Made by a program: the position numbers and the translations under genes. DNA of 64,000 bases from Haliotis cracherodii. Lineage: Eukaryota. Below are positions 1 to 11,752 of the stretch, piece by piece (the first letter of the stretch is position 1; the number at the start of each line of letters is the position of its first letter). Location of the stretch: assembly GCF_022045235.1 (NCBI RefSeq), contig NW_027266285.1, forward strand, positions 1,860,001 to 1,924,000, given 5' to 3'. The notes below the pieces were generated by a model. It made no database searches and was not told the DNA's origin. It was given only the letters and a program-made list of their open reading frames with translations.

Positions 1-984
1 GTGCAGGCCGATCTATGTTTAACACTATTATACACAGTGAAATATATCGCGTGTTTAACCTTGGAACGTCGCAATGGAACGGTACACACGAAAGAATGCC
101 ACGATCTACGCCTCATATAGATCAAGTCGATTGCGTCCAATGTCAAACCTTGCAGAACTACTCTTCGAACCAACAACCTGTTCAACGCCATGCTTTTCTA
201 CGGTGTATGGAGCATACAGCCAGGTTCAATTTAGGTCAAGAATGATTAAAGTTTGTAGGCAACTTGCCACGACCTTGGCAAGAGATCGCAGGTGACCTAC
301 TGATCTACTGGGCCTAACCTGAAACTAGAACAAATCTATATTTAGCTATTACAGACCCTCCAGTTTGGAATCCGTGCACCGAGGGACGAAGCGACCTGGG
401 TTGTTTAGGCCAGGCTTGTATTACGCCTTTGTATATTGTACTATGTGGATCATGCTCTGATACTTTTAACATACCGTAGATATTAAAGAAAGGTATGTAA
501 ATTGGGAACGCCTTAGTGGTGCGAGAGCTACATATGTATATAGCTATCGTTTCAATGCGCATGGAAGTCGCCCCTCGGTGAATAACACTCTGTCTGTGTA
601 GCCTTTCAGATTCGCTCCAATATGAAATGCGTGGACTTTGGTCTGTTAATTAAAGCTGCACAATGTCCTAATGTGATTAATAAATCTCTGGCAATATAAT
701 AAGTAATAATAACATTGTAATCAATTCTTATGGACACTCTTAGGCATTTAAAAAGAAATATTTCCTAAATTTTCAACAAACATTTTCAACGGTAGCACCA
801 GACCGTGAAATGCAGCATATTCAAGAAGATGTTGTTTCAAATTGATTGTTAACTGAGTTTACATTCCGACATTGAAAATTTGAAACACTTAAACTTAAGT
901 CATTACTTAAATCCCTACACGATGTCTCAAGCCCACATAACATATGGCGCACGCAGTGTGATCATAGATTTCAACAACCACTGA

Positions 985-1105
985 CTTAAAGCTGTCTGCT
1001 CCAGACTCGATTATTTACTGACCGCCGTCATATAGCTGGAATATTGCTGAATGCGGCGTCAAACAACAAACAAACAAACAAACAAACAAATAAACAAACA
1101 AATAA
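985..1105 (+). mobile_element. 3' part of short retroposon family A (tRNA-less head, (AAAC)n tail)
   Basis: ccagactcgattatttactgaccgccgtcatatagctggaatattgctgaatgcggcgtcaaac followed by (aaac)n; matches the copies at 10034-10268, 25040-25220 and 59120-59215. Confidence 0.85.
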
Positions 1106-3038
1106 AGCAGTATTACAGATGCCATACGGGAGGACAGGCTGTAAAAATATGCATCTAAAAAAATGTATGCACGTTATTACTCTTTATCACAAATCTACAT
1201 TGCGGATAGCATCATAAACATCATTATTCACACATCGTATGATGTTTTAAATGTAGGACCGACATTAGGAGGATGTGTTAAATATAGAAAACTTAAAAAG
1301 GAAATTCGAAAAACAAAAACGAAGTTGTATTTCCAGGACCGGAATCATAGTACACAACTTCCTATTCCTGCATAACCTCCTCATTCAACGGAACTATTAA
1401 TCATTAGTTTCTAGGATATCCGTACGTTTGTTCTCTCTAGTAAATCAGGTCACTACCTTTGTTCAATTTAAACTTCGTTACAAAAACTATTGTGTGGGGT
1501 TGTTTCCAAATACATGTGGGAGTAAACAAAACTATTAAGATCTTCTCACAAATGATTCCTAACGTGGATCAACCCTTTTCAAGTAATATATGTTCTTGCT
1601 AGTATGAACAATCACTACTAGCCTGTTTATTACCATGTAAAATGATCACAGTGTTTACAGTCATTTACACGATGATTCGAAACCTTGATATCTGTGTGCA
1701 CCTTAATCGCCTTTGGAAATCAATTGTAAATCCCGATGTACCAATAACGGGAAAATGATCTTGAATTACCATCAAGTCATTGGAACCATGAGCTTTTTTT
1801 AATAACTTTGACCTACATTAATTTCGCTAAATATTTTAAAGGAACAACTTTGATATATCCGCGTATCACGCAGATGCTCCTATATTATACCCGCTGTAGC
1901 ATCTGATATTTTTGTCTGAAGAGTTTATATTTGATGTGATGTGCTGTTGACGTTCTAAAATCTGATTTACTCCTCCGATTCTGGCAGGAAGTTGTGAAGC
2001 CTCCGCGCAATCCGAAGCAGGTTGGTTACGTTAAGAACAGATTGGTTTAAAAAAAGTAGAACCGTGGATTAATCCTGATCCATTGAGCATAAGCATTCAA
2101 CATGCCATTGACTCAAACGGTGGAATCGGTCGAGGAAATAGAAGCAAAGTTTATTAAAGGAGTTTAAATGCGTATACCTTCTGATACTAAACTAGCAACA
2201 ACTATGAACATTTAACAGACATGCTCTACAGTATCAGATTTTCTTGTGGTACCTCTTTTCTGTAAGTTAAATGATTTTTCATGATAATCTTTTTGTCAAA
2301 TTGATAACCTGATCCCATGGAAGATATGACATTTTGAGAAATATTGTATGTCTCCTATGCAGACAAAAGTCAAGGTTAAGCGAAATTTGTCCGTTTTTTA
2401 ACGAATAGCATCCGTTAGTTAGTTAAGCTGATTAAAATATATGGTATACATACTTCTCAAATGTTGAAACTATTCTATACACTCATATGAATCTTAGTCC
2501 CATTGGAATTCAGCTCCTAACTCCTAACACGGGCGTGTTTAAAATATGATGAAATAAACCAGAAAACAAATCAAAGCTTTTACATTTATGCGGGTCTCTC
2601 ATTATAGGACCATACAAAATATTACTACATTAGGAAGACTTTTCTTGGTTTCCCTCTACAGTCCTTACTAAGTATAATACAAACATAAGATTAAAATATC
2701 TTTTTTGCTAAGACACTCACATAGATTATGACATTATAACAAAGAGCATTTTCATATCAATTGGAAAACAAAATGAATGACAAAAAATGTTTCTTTATTA
2801 AATAAGTACTAGTTTAAGTTTCTAAGTTTCTAAGTTTCTACATTAACACGCCTTGGCATATCTACCAGAAAAAGTATGTGCTCGTGGATTACATAATCAT
2901 ACCAGTCGAGGAGTGTACATGTTTTCGCTTAGTGTTTGCACCTTTATTTGTTTCGCATCATCTGTACCTCTCCATGAGCCAGTATCACTTTCACTGTATC
3001 AGGAAAGTACTAAAGACATTTTTATGATGTCTTACAGA

Positions 3039-3198
3039 NNNNNNNNNNNNNNNNNNNNNNNNNNNNNNNNNNNNNNNNNNNNNNNNNNNNNNNNNNNNNN
3101 NNNNNNNNNNNNNNNNNNNNNNNNNNNNNNNNNNNNNNNNNNNNNNNNNNNNNNNNNNNNNNNNNNNNNNNNNNNNNNNNNNNNNNNNNNNNNNNNNN
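3039..3198. other. Assembly gap (N run)
   Basis: Run of N. Confidence 1.
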
Positions 3199-4179
3199 AA
3201 GCTTGTACATTTGCACACATGGTATGGATACACCTCGTGTATCTAAAGTTATTAATATATGATGATACCACAATGACTACAAATCTCTTTTCGTGATTTA
3301 CCGTCTGTATATGATAATAAGAATATTAATATACATTGTAGAGGCACATGTTGGATGCACAATGGTTTTAAAGGCTTGCTGGAAGCAACTCGCTTACTGC
3401 TGTAGGAGAGCTACTTCGAATGGCAATTTACGTTGTCAAGGATTGAGAAACTAAATCGTGGTGCCCGGATCCATTGCAAATGTATAAAAATGAAATAAAC
3501 GGTCGACGAAGATCACCCCAAAGGCTTGGCAATGTCTGTAATACTATGTTATAACCTCACTAAGAAGTCACGAATGTAAACGAAACATTATTTCATTGAC
3601 AGTTAACAAAGAAAGTAAACACTCTCAGTAACAGTAATAAATAATTGATAATACAGCACATATAAACATAACATACTTACATTTGCACATTAAGGATAAA
3701 AGAAACAAAAACAAAACAAAACATTTATTCTACCTATTTCATCTACCAGTATACATCTTCTCAACGTTATTTCAAGTTGTGTTGGTTTGGTTTGTAATAG
3801 TTTTGCAGTCCTAGTAATAATAATACCCCAGTGGGCTGTTGTACTCACTTTGTATGAGTGTATGTACATAATGTCACCAACAATTTGTATGCATGACAAG
3901 GGATTGATCATAAATAGACACAACTGTACCTTTTTCAAGCATATGGGTCTACAGATCAGGCATACAAGGCATATAGAACACACCTTGTTCTGTGAAAATA
4001 GCTTGTCTGGGTATGTGCATTGTGTGAAGTGAAAGGTTTTCTTTGCGCGTACTATAAAACGTATGGCAGGCGTTATATAAACCTAGCAACCTCTTAGCTA
4101 ACATATTGGTCCATAAAAATAATCTGAATAGGCATCAGAGGGTGGCGGCATATGTTGACAATGACAGAAATTTTTAGTC

Positions 4180-4460
4180 TGAGGTGAGGTGAAGAGAGGG
4201 TTAACATCGCGTTCAACATTATTTCATGTATAGAGCGACGTGCATGCACGAGTGTGTGGCACTGAGCTACCACGCCACAGTTTAACATGGACATGTCACT
4301 CAGACACATTATACTGACTCCCAGCAGGCTAGTCCTTGTTTTATCCCGTTAATCCCGAGCGCCAGACAGGGTAACTTTTCGGTATTGCGCGGCAAGATTG
4401 GGGATCGAACCATCAAACTCCAGCTCTCTTGACAGATGCTGCACAACCCATTGAGCTAGT
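4180..4460 (-). mobile_element. tRNA-derived SINE, family C (tentatively Meta/MESC-type core), degenerate
   Basis: Reverse complement resembles 28701-29024 (aacaaggact..., cagtata...gtctgagtg, ctggcgctcgg, tcacctcacc tail); B-box-like ggttcgatccc near 4400-4412. Confidence 0.7.
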
Positions 4461-4900
4461 CTGAATTATATAAAGCGTCTTGCAATGTTTTGCCTGGTTG
4501 TTATAATGATTACAGCCAAGGTAACATGCTTTCACATGTAATGTTGAAAGGGAAATGGGAGCTCCACGGAGCGGCAGTCAACCAATGCATCTATGGTAGG
4601 GTGCGTGGACAAACGCCATTGGGATCGGAATGAGCTCTCCAAGATAACAAAACACAAAATAACACATTTGATGGATTTCCGGTATACAAAAGAAGGATAC
4701 GGATATTAATGTCATTCTTGTATACTTGAAGTATATCCCTAAATTTACAATGACACTGTGCAAAGACGAAAAACAATATTTATACCTTGAGTTGATTAAA
4801 CTTCTCCCATTGATCTCAATACTTCCTGGTCATTGAACAAGTGTGACACCTATGCATGCAAGCCGGTGGGACAAGGTGACAAGGTGAAATGATGCAGATA

Positions 4901-4985
<85 letters not shown>
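4901..4985. repeat. (TG)n(AG)n compound microsatellite
   Basis: Direct reading. Confidence 0.98.
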
Positions 4986-4988
<3 letters not shown>

Positions 4989-6854
4989 GTTTCATTAATG
5001 TTGTATACCTGCAACTCCGTGTCTAGGGGTCAATACCAGGACCAGTGACACTTACAAAAAGTGTAATTAATGTCATTGTGCTCATAAACACGTGAAACTT
5101 AGCAGCACGCAACAGAGCACAGATTGACATACAGAAACAATTATTACTCATGGATAACATCAAGCCAAATCCAACACATGCCGCCGCCATTTTAATTGTA
5201 GTTTGTATTGATTGAGACAATGTGTCGCACAAAGTCAGATTCTACGTTTTACGTATTTTATTAACAGCTGGTGTGCAGTTTTTATCACAATTCGCACATC
5301 GTATCACCTGTGTGAAACACTGTGTTTGTGCCACCCAATAAAATACCGAGCAAGATTCAAATCTTCCCTCCATTCCTCGTGTAACGTATGGCACATTCAT
5401 GTTGTTCTATTATAAAGAGTCTTTCATTAAAAACATTTGGCCAAATATGATTTTATTTTATTTTTGTCATCTGGCAATTCTTTGTGCAAATATTATTTGT
5501 GAATTAAGCGGATTTATTAATTACAATATAGGTTTTGTTGTCAGAAGTAAAAGTCCGCGTTTTAATTTAATCAAATTGGAATTGACACAGAAGGACTGAT
5601 AAATCAATGGATATTCCCTTTATTGGTTACAGCATTAAAGTGTAGTTCAATTCAGTTCGTGTCCATGTTACGGCAGGGATCTGCTCACGCAGGTGACACA
5701 AACGAAATATTCACATGAAATGAAATGTTCCAAGCATTATAAAACATAGCTTTATAAACGATGGACAAAATAGCTATGGTCAGATAACAATGTAGCCGGA
5801 GTAGACATAGAGATAGGAACATGTGTCACATCATTAATGCATGCAGACGTCTCTATGACTATCGACTGAATAGGATGCAGTCGAGTGCATTTAACTTGAT
5901 AATTTGAAATCCTAAACACATCGTCTTAACTGTATATTAATATCAGACAGAGCATGAATACATAATTCCATGTTTAAAATATGAAGAATATTACACCAAT
6001 GAATTATATTACTGACTCATACAGAAATATCATAATTACTTCTTTGTATTTGTTTCGTTTTCTTACAATACGTCATTTAATATACTCTTTCAATTATTTT
6101 AAAACAAAAGGGGGGTACCTACTTTGGCATATACTTATTTAGATATAGAAATGGCATTCGTTTAGTCAGTATTCTTAAGTTAATGATGAGATGAGGCATT
6201 TTATGTTTGAAACAACATATTTTCCTTAGATATATTCTTTAAAATACGTGTGATAAAAAAAATGCTAGATCTTATCAAAATTAAACGAATTATTTGATAT
6301 GGACATGTTAGTGTGGTTGCCATGGCACCGCGGTGTCAAATAGGTCAGACAGTAACATTCATTCACAGAAAATAGCAAACGCAGCTATTGACAAAGTGAT
6401 TTCTTCAAAGCAAGATAGTTCAAGTTTCAGTTTTTTGCACAATATACAGGACTGAGGGACACGAAGAGTAAAACTGGCATAATTAATCGTGTACTCGGTA
6501 CTACCTCAATATCTAAATACAAACAAACTTGTGGCCGCAACCTCAGTTTGAGAAAATGCCTCTGTAGAGGAAGCATCAAATGAAGCATAAATGAAATCAA
6601 GTTATTAAAACGGAATACGAAACACTCTTAAACATAAAGTATAACAGTTGTCCCAAGGCGATAGTATTACATCTATCACTCCGTGTGACAACGAAACAAG
6701 TTGTTCTGACAAATGACAATGTTCATCAAAATACAACATGCATCATCAATCAGTGCTACATTACATGGACTGGGCTGACATTTATGTAAAAGAGAATCCC
6801 AACACTCCAAAATACACATCGACAATGCCCCTTTAAAAAAGTGTAAAAACTTAC

Positions 6855-6909
6855 CGTACTGGTTAGACAGAGGCAAAGTTTGCAACGGGTTTTCTTCTGG
6901 GAGTAGCAT
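6855..6909 (-). CDS. Candidate first coding exon of an unidentified host gene (MLLPEENPLQTLPLSNQY, phase-1 intron)
   Basis: ATG at 6909; 18 codons plus 1 nt, then the consensus donor GTAAGT (6854-6849); lies downstream of a CpG-rich segment. No downstream exons identified. Confidence 0.35.
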
Positions 6910-6959
6910 TTATAGACCGAATCTTGAAAAAATAGAAGATAAGTCTTTTTGTCAGGAGA

Positions 6960-7540
6960 ACAGATCAGCTGCTACACGGAACAAGTTCGCGAGCCGAGAA
7001 ATCCGTGGTCAGACGGAGAAATCCACAGGTTGCCGTACGATCAGCTGGTGTGAGTAGAGAGACTGCTGTCGTATTATATAACGGTTCCCTAGATTTCTAC
7101 TACTGTGAAGCTAGACCGTCTTCCTTGGGTGTCTCGGCGAGACTGAGTTCCACGTCCCCTGTCGCTGTAAGACTAGGGCTGCACAATGCACGGATGCACG
7201 TCTATCGCGTAGGCCAGCCGACAAGTACTGCAACGAGGCTTGGCCCGAGGCTGATTGTACTTCCTAGCTGTAACACTGACACACTGTTATACTGACACAC
7301 TGACACACTTAACTGGCCGTGCGGAGAGGCGCACGCAGCCTACCGGCGGTGTTGATAACAGGTCACGAGGCAGTGTCGATGGCAGCGGGTCGTAATGGAC
7401 GATCGCGATTGACAACTATTGTGATCGGTATCCAAGCTTTGCGTACGAACTTATTGGCAAGGTTATGGAAATTCAAATATGATATGATACCGATTTGCGT
7501 TCACCGTTACGCCGGTTATTCGGATAGATATTCGAATGGA
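6960..7540 (-). promoter_or_regulatory. CpG-rich putative promoter/5'UTR with clustered TCAGT initiator-like motifs
   Basis: Visibly CpG-rich relative to the flanks; TCAGT on the minus strand at 7275-7279, 7291-7295 and 7299-7303. Confidence 0.35.
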
Positions 7541-7554
7541 ACATAGCAGCTGAG

Positions 7555-7584
7555 ATAAATCTATCTATCTATCTATCTATCTAT
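7555..7584. repeat. (ATCT)n microsatellite
   Basis: Direct reading. Confidence 0.9.
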
Positions 7585-8145
7585 CCGCCTGTCGCTGTAA
7601 TTTGGATCTGCATCTGTCTTTTATACTCTACCTATAGTGTAGTTCCACAAGCTGTCTCTACATCTGTGTTTATACTTTTTGTCCATCAATCAATATGCAT
7701 GCTTTGTCCTTCTGCTTATCTCACATACTACATCTCTAGTATCTCCCTAGGTATATTTGTCTATTTATGTATCTACATTAATAGCCGTGTACGTCGTCCT
7801 GTCTATCCGATTATCGTCAGTCAGCCTGCCATCGTTTGGTCAGTTAGCCACAACCAAACACCCTTTCTTCTATTTGTCCGTACATCCACTTATACGGCTG
7901 TACGACACGTGTACGCGTCAGACACTATGAATGGCTATCGGTTTCGTGGTTCATTATGTATGCCCTGTCATGCTTCAATGCCATTCCATTGCCCTATTAA
8001 CTCTACCAATATAAGGTTTTCCCGATAGCACAGAAAGTAAATCATTTAAACATGGTCACATCTTGAAAATGAATTGTGGGAACTGGCATTCATTTTTTAT
8101 GACACATCTTATCAGTGAATAAAACTATAAAAAAATCAATGCTAA

Positions 8146-8340
8146 ACGTTCATGGTATGGTAGTTTATAGTTTTCTCTCTGAAGTCCTATGGTATGGACG
8201 TTCATGGTATGGTAGTTTATAGTTTTCTCTCTGAAGTCCTATGGTATGGACGTTCATGGTATGGTAGTTTATAGTTTTCTCTCTGAAGTCCTATGGTATG
8301 GACGTTCATGGTATGGTAGTTTATAGTTGTCTCTCTGAAG
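8146..8340. repeat. 52-bp tandem repeat, ~3.75 near-identical copies
   Basis: Unit acgttcatggtatggtagtttatagttttctctctgaagtcctatggtatgg starting at 8146, 8198, 8250 and 8302. Confidence 0.97.
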
Positions 8341-9084
8341 CGTGATCATTTACAGCAATCTGTATGCAGTTCTATTCCATTCATGAAGGAAAGCTCAAAA
8401 GAAAACGAAACATATAAAGAGAATGGAATTTACGCTAAGTTTATGTTACAGTTGTCGAATCTACACCTGACAAACCAATAAACGGGTGTCCTCGCCCGTC
8501 GGAGTACAGTCACCCAGGTACAATATGCGAACCATCAGATTCTACGACAAGAAACGTCACTGAAGCGTCAAACATAATCTAATGCTAACAGTATTTAATC
8601 ACATGGTTACAAGCTGCCAGTTTCCCGAATAAAGCACAGTGAATATTAATGTGTGGCAAGTACTATGCTGGCCGAGCCGCAGTATATAGACACGTTATTA
8701 TCTTGTGCACCATATCAGTTTGCTTTCTTGATAAAATGGAATGTATATTATTTGGAATTCAGTCGCATATTATATAAAATTGAAATAAGATTTATTAACG
8801 TTAGAGGAAAAGTATTTATCAAATCTACAGGTTTGTAAGTTTCTCACATTCGATATTAAACACTATGTAAGAGAAAATGATAACTTTATCACTTGCATTG
8901 AAATAATTTCCTACACATCATCGGTGGAATAAATAAGTTGAATATATATCTACCCTCGGAAAGTAAAGAAGGAACAATAGAGAGAGGGAGAGAGGGTGAG
9001 AAGGAAGGTGAGAGGGATGGGTTGGGGGGGGGGGGGGGGGGGGGGGGGAGAGGGATATATAGTAATACTATTGTAATAATTAAA

Positions 9085-9260
9085 TAAGTGGAGTAAGATT
9101 GAACACATTTTTAATTGGCTAGCGAATTCAACTTGTACCACGTACGAGTCTCATCAGGCCATAACTGAATAATGGACATGAAGTAGTACTATATAATTAC
9201 GTGACGTCATAACATTTAGGAGAACCATGACGTCACAATACCAAGGTGACAATGGACAAA
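9085..9260 (-). mobile_element. Probable solo pseudo-LTR of a Penelope-like element
   Basis: Minus-strand order: two TGACGTCA (9235-9228, 9209-9202), TATATA (9195-9190), hammerhead-like motif, ATTAAA (9115-9110). Boundaries approximate. Confidence 0.5.
9116..9161 (-). ncRNA. Degenerate minimal type I hammerhead ribozyme
   Basis: tggc-CTGATGA-gactcgtac(gtg)gtacaagtt-GAAt-tcgc-TA-gcca: stem I tggc/gcca, 9-bp stem II with one mismatch and one G-U pair, GAAA core mutated to GAAT. Confidence 0.6.
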
Positions 9261-10033
9261 TAATTTACGCCTTTACATTTAACTTAGGCGCGTATTTATG
9301 AATGAAATATTGCTCTTTTTGAAACAATGTAGGTTCAAGATCAAAATTTAGCTTATATAGCGGGAAAACTAAAAAGTTGCCACCTCCACATGTATCTAAA
9401 TGTTCACTGAGTGGAATCGTGCGGTTGTGTGGCTGCTTTATTTGTGAACGGTGAAGATTCATTCTTCTTTTTAATCTAAGTTCTGTCTATATATATTTAT
9501 AGTTACGACTTACCCAGCAGATGGCTTAGCTGTCGTCATTGATGTGTGATCTATTGCCATGATAGAGCAAATGCTGAAAATACAAAGCCATGATTTACTA
9601 AAGGTTGATTCATCCCATATGCTACACGTTAACATCCCAGACTGTTTATGTATTGGTAAGCACAGCCAGCGCACTGTAAACTAAATATTCATACGACTCA
9701 TACAAGTACAATTACCAGTCTGTATGCATTGCTACAACCTAAATGTAGGTCAGAATAATTATAAGTATAACTATAAATATCAATATTCACGTTTAAAACT
9801 ATCCGTTCCAACACTACTTACCGAATGAGTATTGTTTTACCTCGTTTTCATCATTATTCATATCGTGCGGTGTAGCAATGTATAGAATCGAACCAAGGGT
9901 CACGGCGAACCATCGAACTTTATAAAGACTAATCTACCCTCCTGTCCCATTTCGATCAGTAACTGGAAATGGATCAAAATGATTTTATAGGAACATTTAT
10001 ATCCTTTGAGCTCTTTAATCTTACCGAGCCTTG

Positions 10034-10268
10034 TTTGTTTGTTTAACGCTGCACTCAGCAATAGTCTACATGTATGACGGAAGTCTGTACACAATCGACT
10101 CTGGACCAGACAATCCAGTAATTGATATCATGAGCATCGATTCACGCAATTTGGATAAGGCGACACGCATTAACCAAGTCAGCGTGCCTGACCACCCAAT
10201 CCCGTTAGTCGCTTCCTACGGCAAGCACGGGTTGCTGATGACCTAATCTGACCCGGATCGTCACGGGT
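10034..10268 (-). mobile_element. Full-length short retroposon family A with TSD
   Basis: (aaac)n tail; TSD ttaccgagccttg (10021-10033) / ttaccaagtcttg (10270-10282); 5' end acccgtgacgatccgggt... has no tRNA A/B boxes. Confidence 0.85.
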
Positions 10269-11184
10269 TTTACCAAGTCTTGAGTGTCCAGGAGTCTAGA
10301 GCGCCAATATATCCTTATTCGGATCTACAGATCTACAGATCGTTTGTCAACACTATTTCATTCCTGTCGGTTAAATAAATGATTGAATGATTGAGTGTTT
10401 CTGGTTTAACGCTGCGCTCAACAAGCCTGAAAGTTGTAAAATTCTATTTCCCATTGGGCAGAGAAGATGAGCGTACACCTGGTAAACGAAGAAATCATTG
10501 AAAAGTTGTTAATCCGAATGTCTTCCTAAGCAACGGTCCAACCAAACGGATAAATGTACAAGATTTTTGAGGTCCTAACGGATTCTTTGTTCGCACATAT
10601 ATTCTTGGTAAGAGATAGAAGTAGAGGGTAATGTCCGAGTAACACTCCATTCCTTAAAAAAATAATGGAACAAAGGCCCCGCAGGGATACGAGGATATTC
10701 CCCTGCTTAAAACCCTACTTTAACACTTTGACAAACTATTTTGTAGTTGAAAATATTTGAAAAATAAACCTGAACTCTTTGTTGTCTGTATTTTTACTTC
10801 GTGAGTTGCCCTTGGGTGATGCACGAGGAATGCGTTCACTGCCGCTGCTGCACGTGCGCCAAGCTCCGTCGCGAGCTGACTTTTACAATGCATGGTACAC
10901 GGCTCTTCATAATTTCGTTGGGTCCTAAACTAGTATTTATCAATTGCTTGCACATTGTTAATACATGCTGATGGGTATAATAGGAAATATAGAGCCCCGA
11001 ACAAGCGATATTTATATGACCTAAATTGTGTTTTCTCGTCAAAGGTTTATCTAACTGCTATAAATATGAACATTCTTGTGGGTAACCTGCTCTAACATAA
11101 AATTTATACATATCATTTTGAGCTTTTAAGCATTATGCAAAATTATGAAAACATTTAATAGTTAATTTCACATAATGACTTCAT

Positions 11185-11261
11185 GTGCCGCAGTAGCTGA
11201 GACTGACAATTACACGTTTTCAAATCTATACCCGATGCGGGTTCGAACCCCGATGGCGCCA
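11185..11261 (+). pseudogene. tRNA-like pseudogene or tRNA-derived head
   Basis: A-box-like tagctgagactg, T-arm gggTTCGAACccc, acceptor-like pairing gtgccgc/atggcgc followed by ca; anticodon arm degenerate. Confidence 0.45.
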
Positions 11262-11752
11262 CATGTTTCCGGAAAAAGAATGAAAATATTCACTTGTTAA
11301 TAAGTATAAAAAATAGTTCCGTCTATTCCGAGAGGAAATTAATTCAAATGTTGCTTCAAGATATTGTACAGTTGACAAGCAACTCTCCATTCCTGAAAAA
11401 TAATGGAGCGTTCAAACAATGGAAAGACGCCACAGATGTGTTTGAACAACGCGTCTGATAACCAGTGACAATGACTCACTGAGTTGTCCCTGTCAGTTTG
11501 TTCTGAAATTAGCACTTCGTATACTATAACAAACTTACGAAGCAGTCCATGAGACTAAAACGTGTGAATACGTTTCACACGTTTTTGAAATAGTACGTGC
11601 GATTGCTCACATAGATAAAATTTAAAATTAGCACAAAATGATTTTTGTACTTTCTTCACTAAATGAGGTCCTGATTATGTTTCTAGGTTCTAGCAAATTA
11701 AACCAAATAACAAAGCTATATACACTCCCTAACGACCTAGAAATTGTTGGAT

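Noticed and set aside
2853-3296. ORFs spanning the N gap (also 41825-42079)
   Set aside because: Artefacts of translating through N runs
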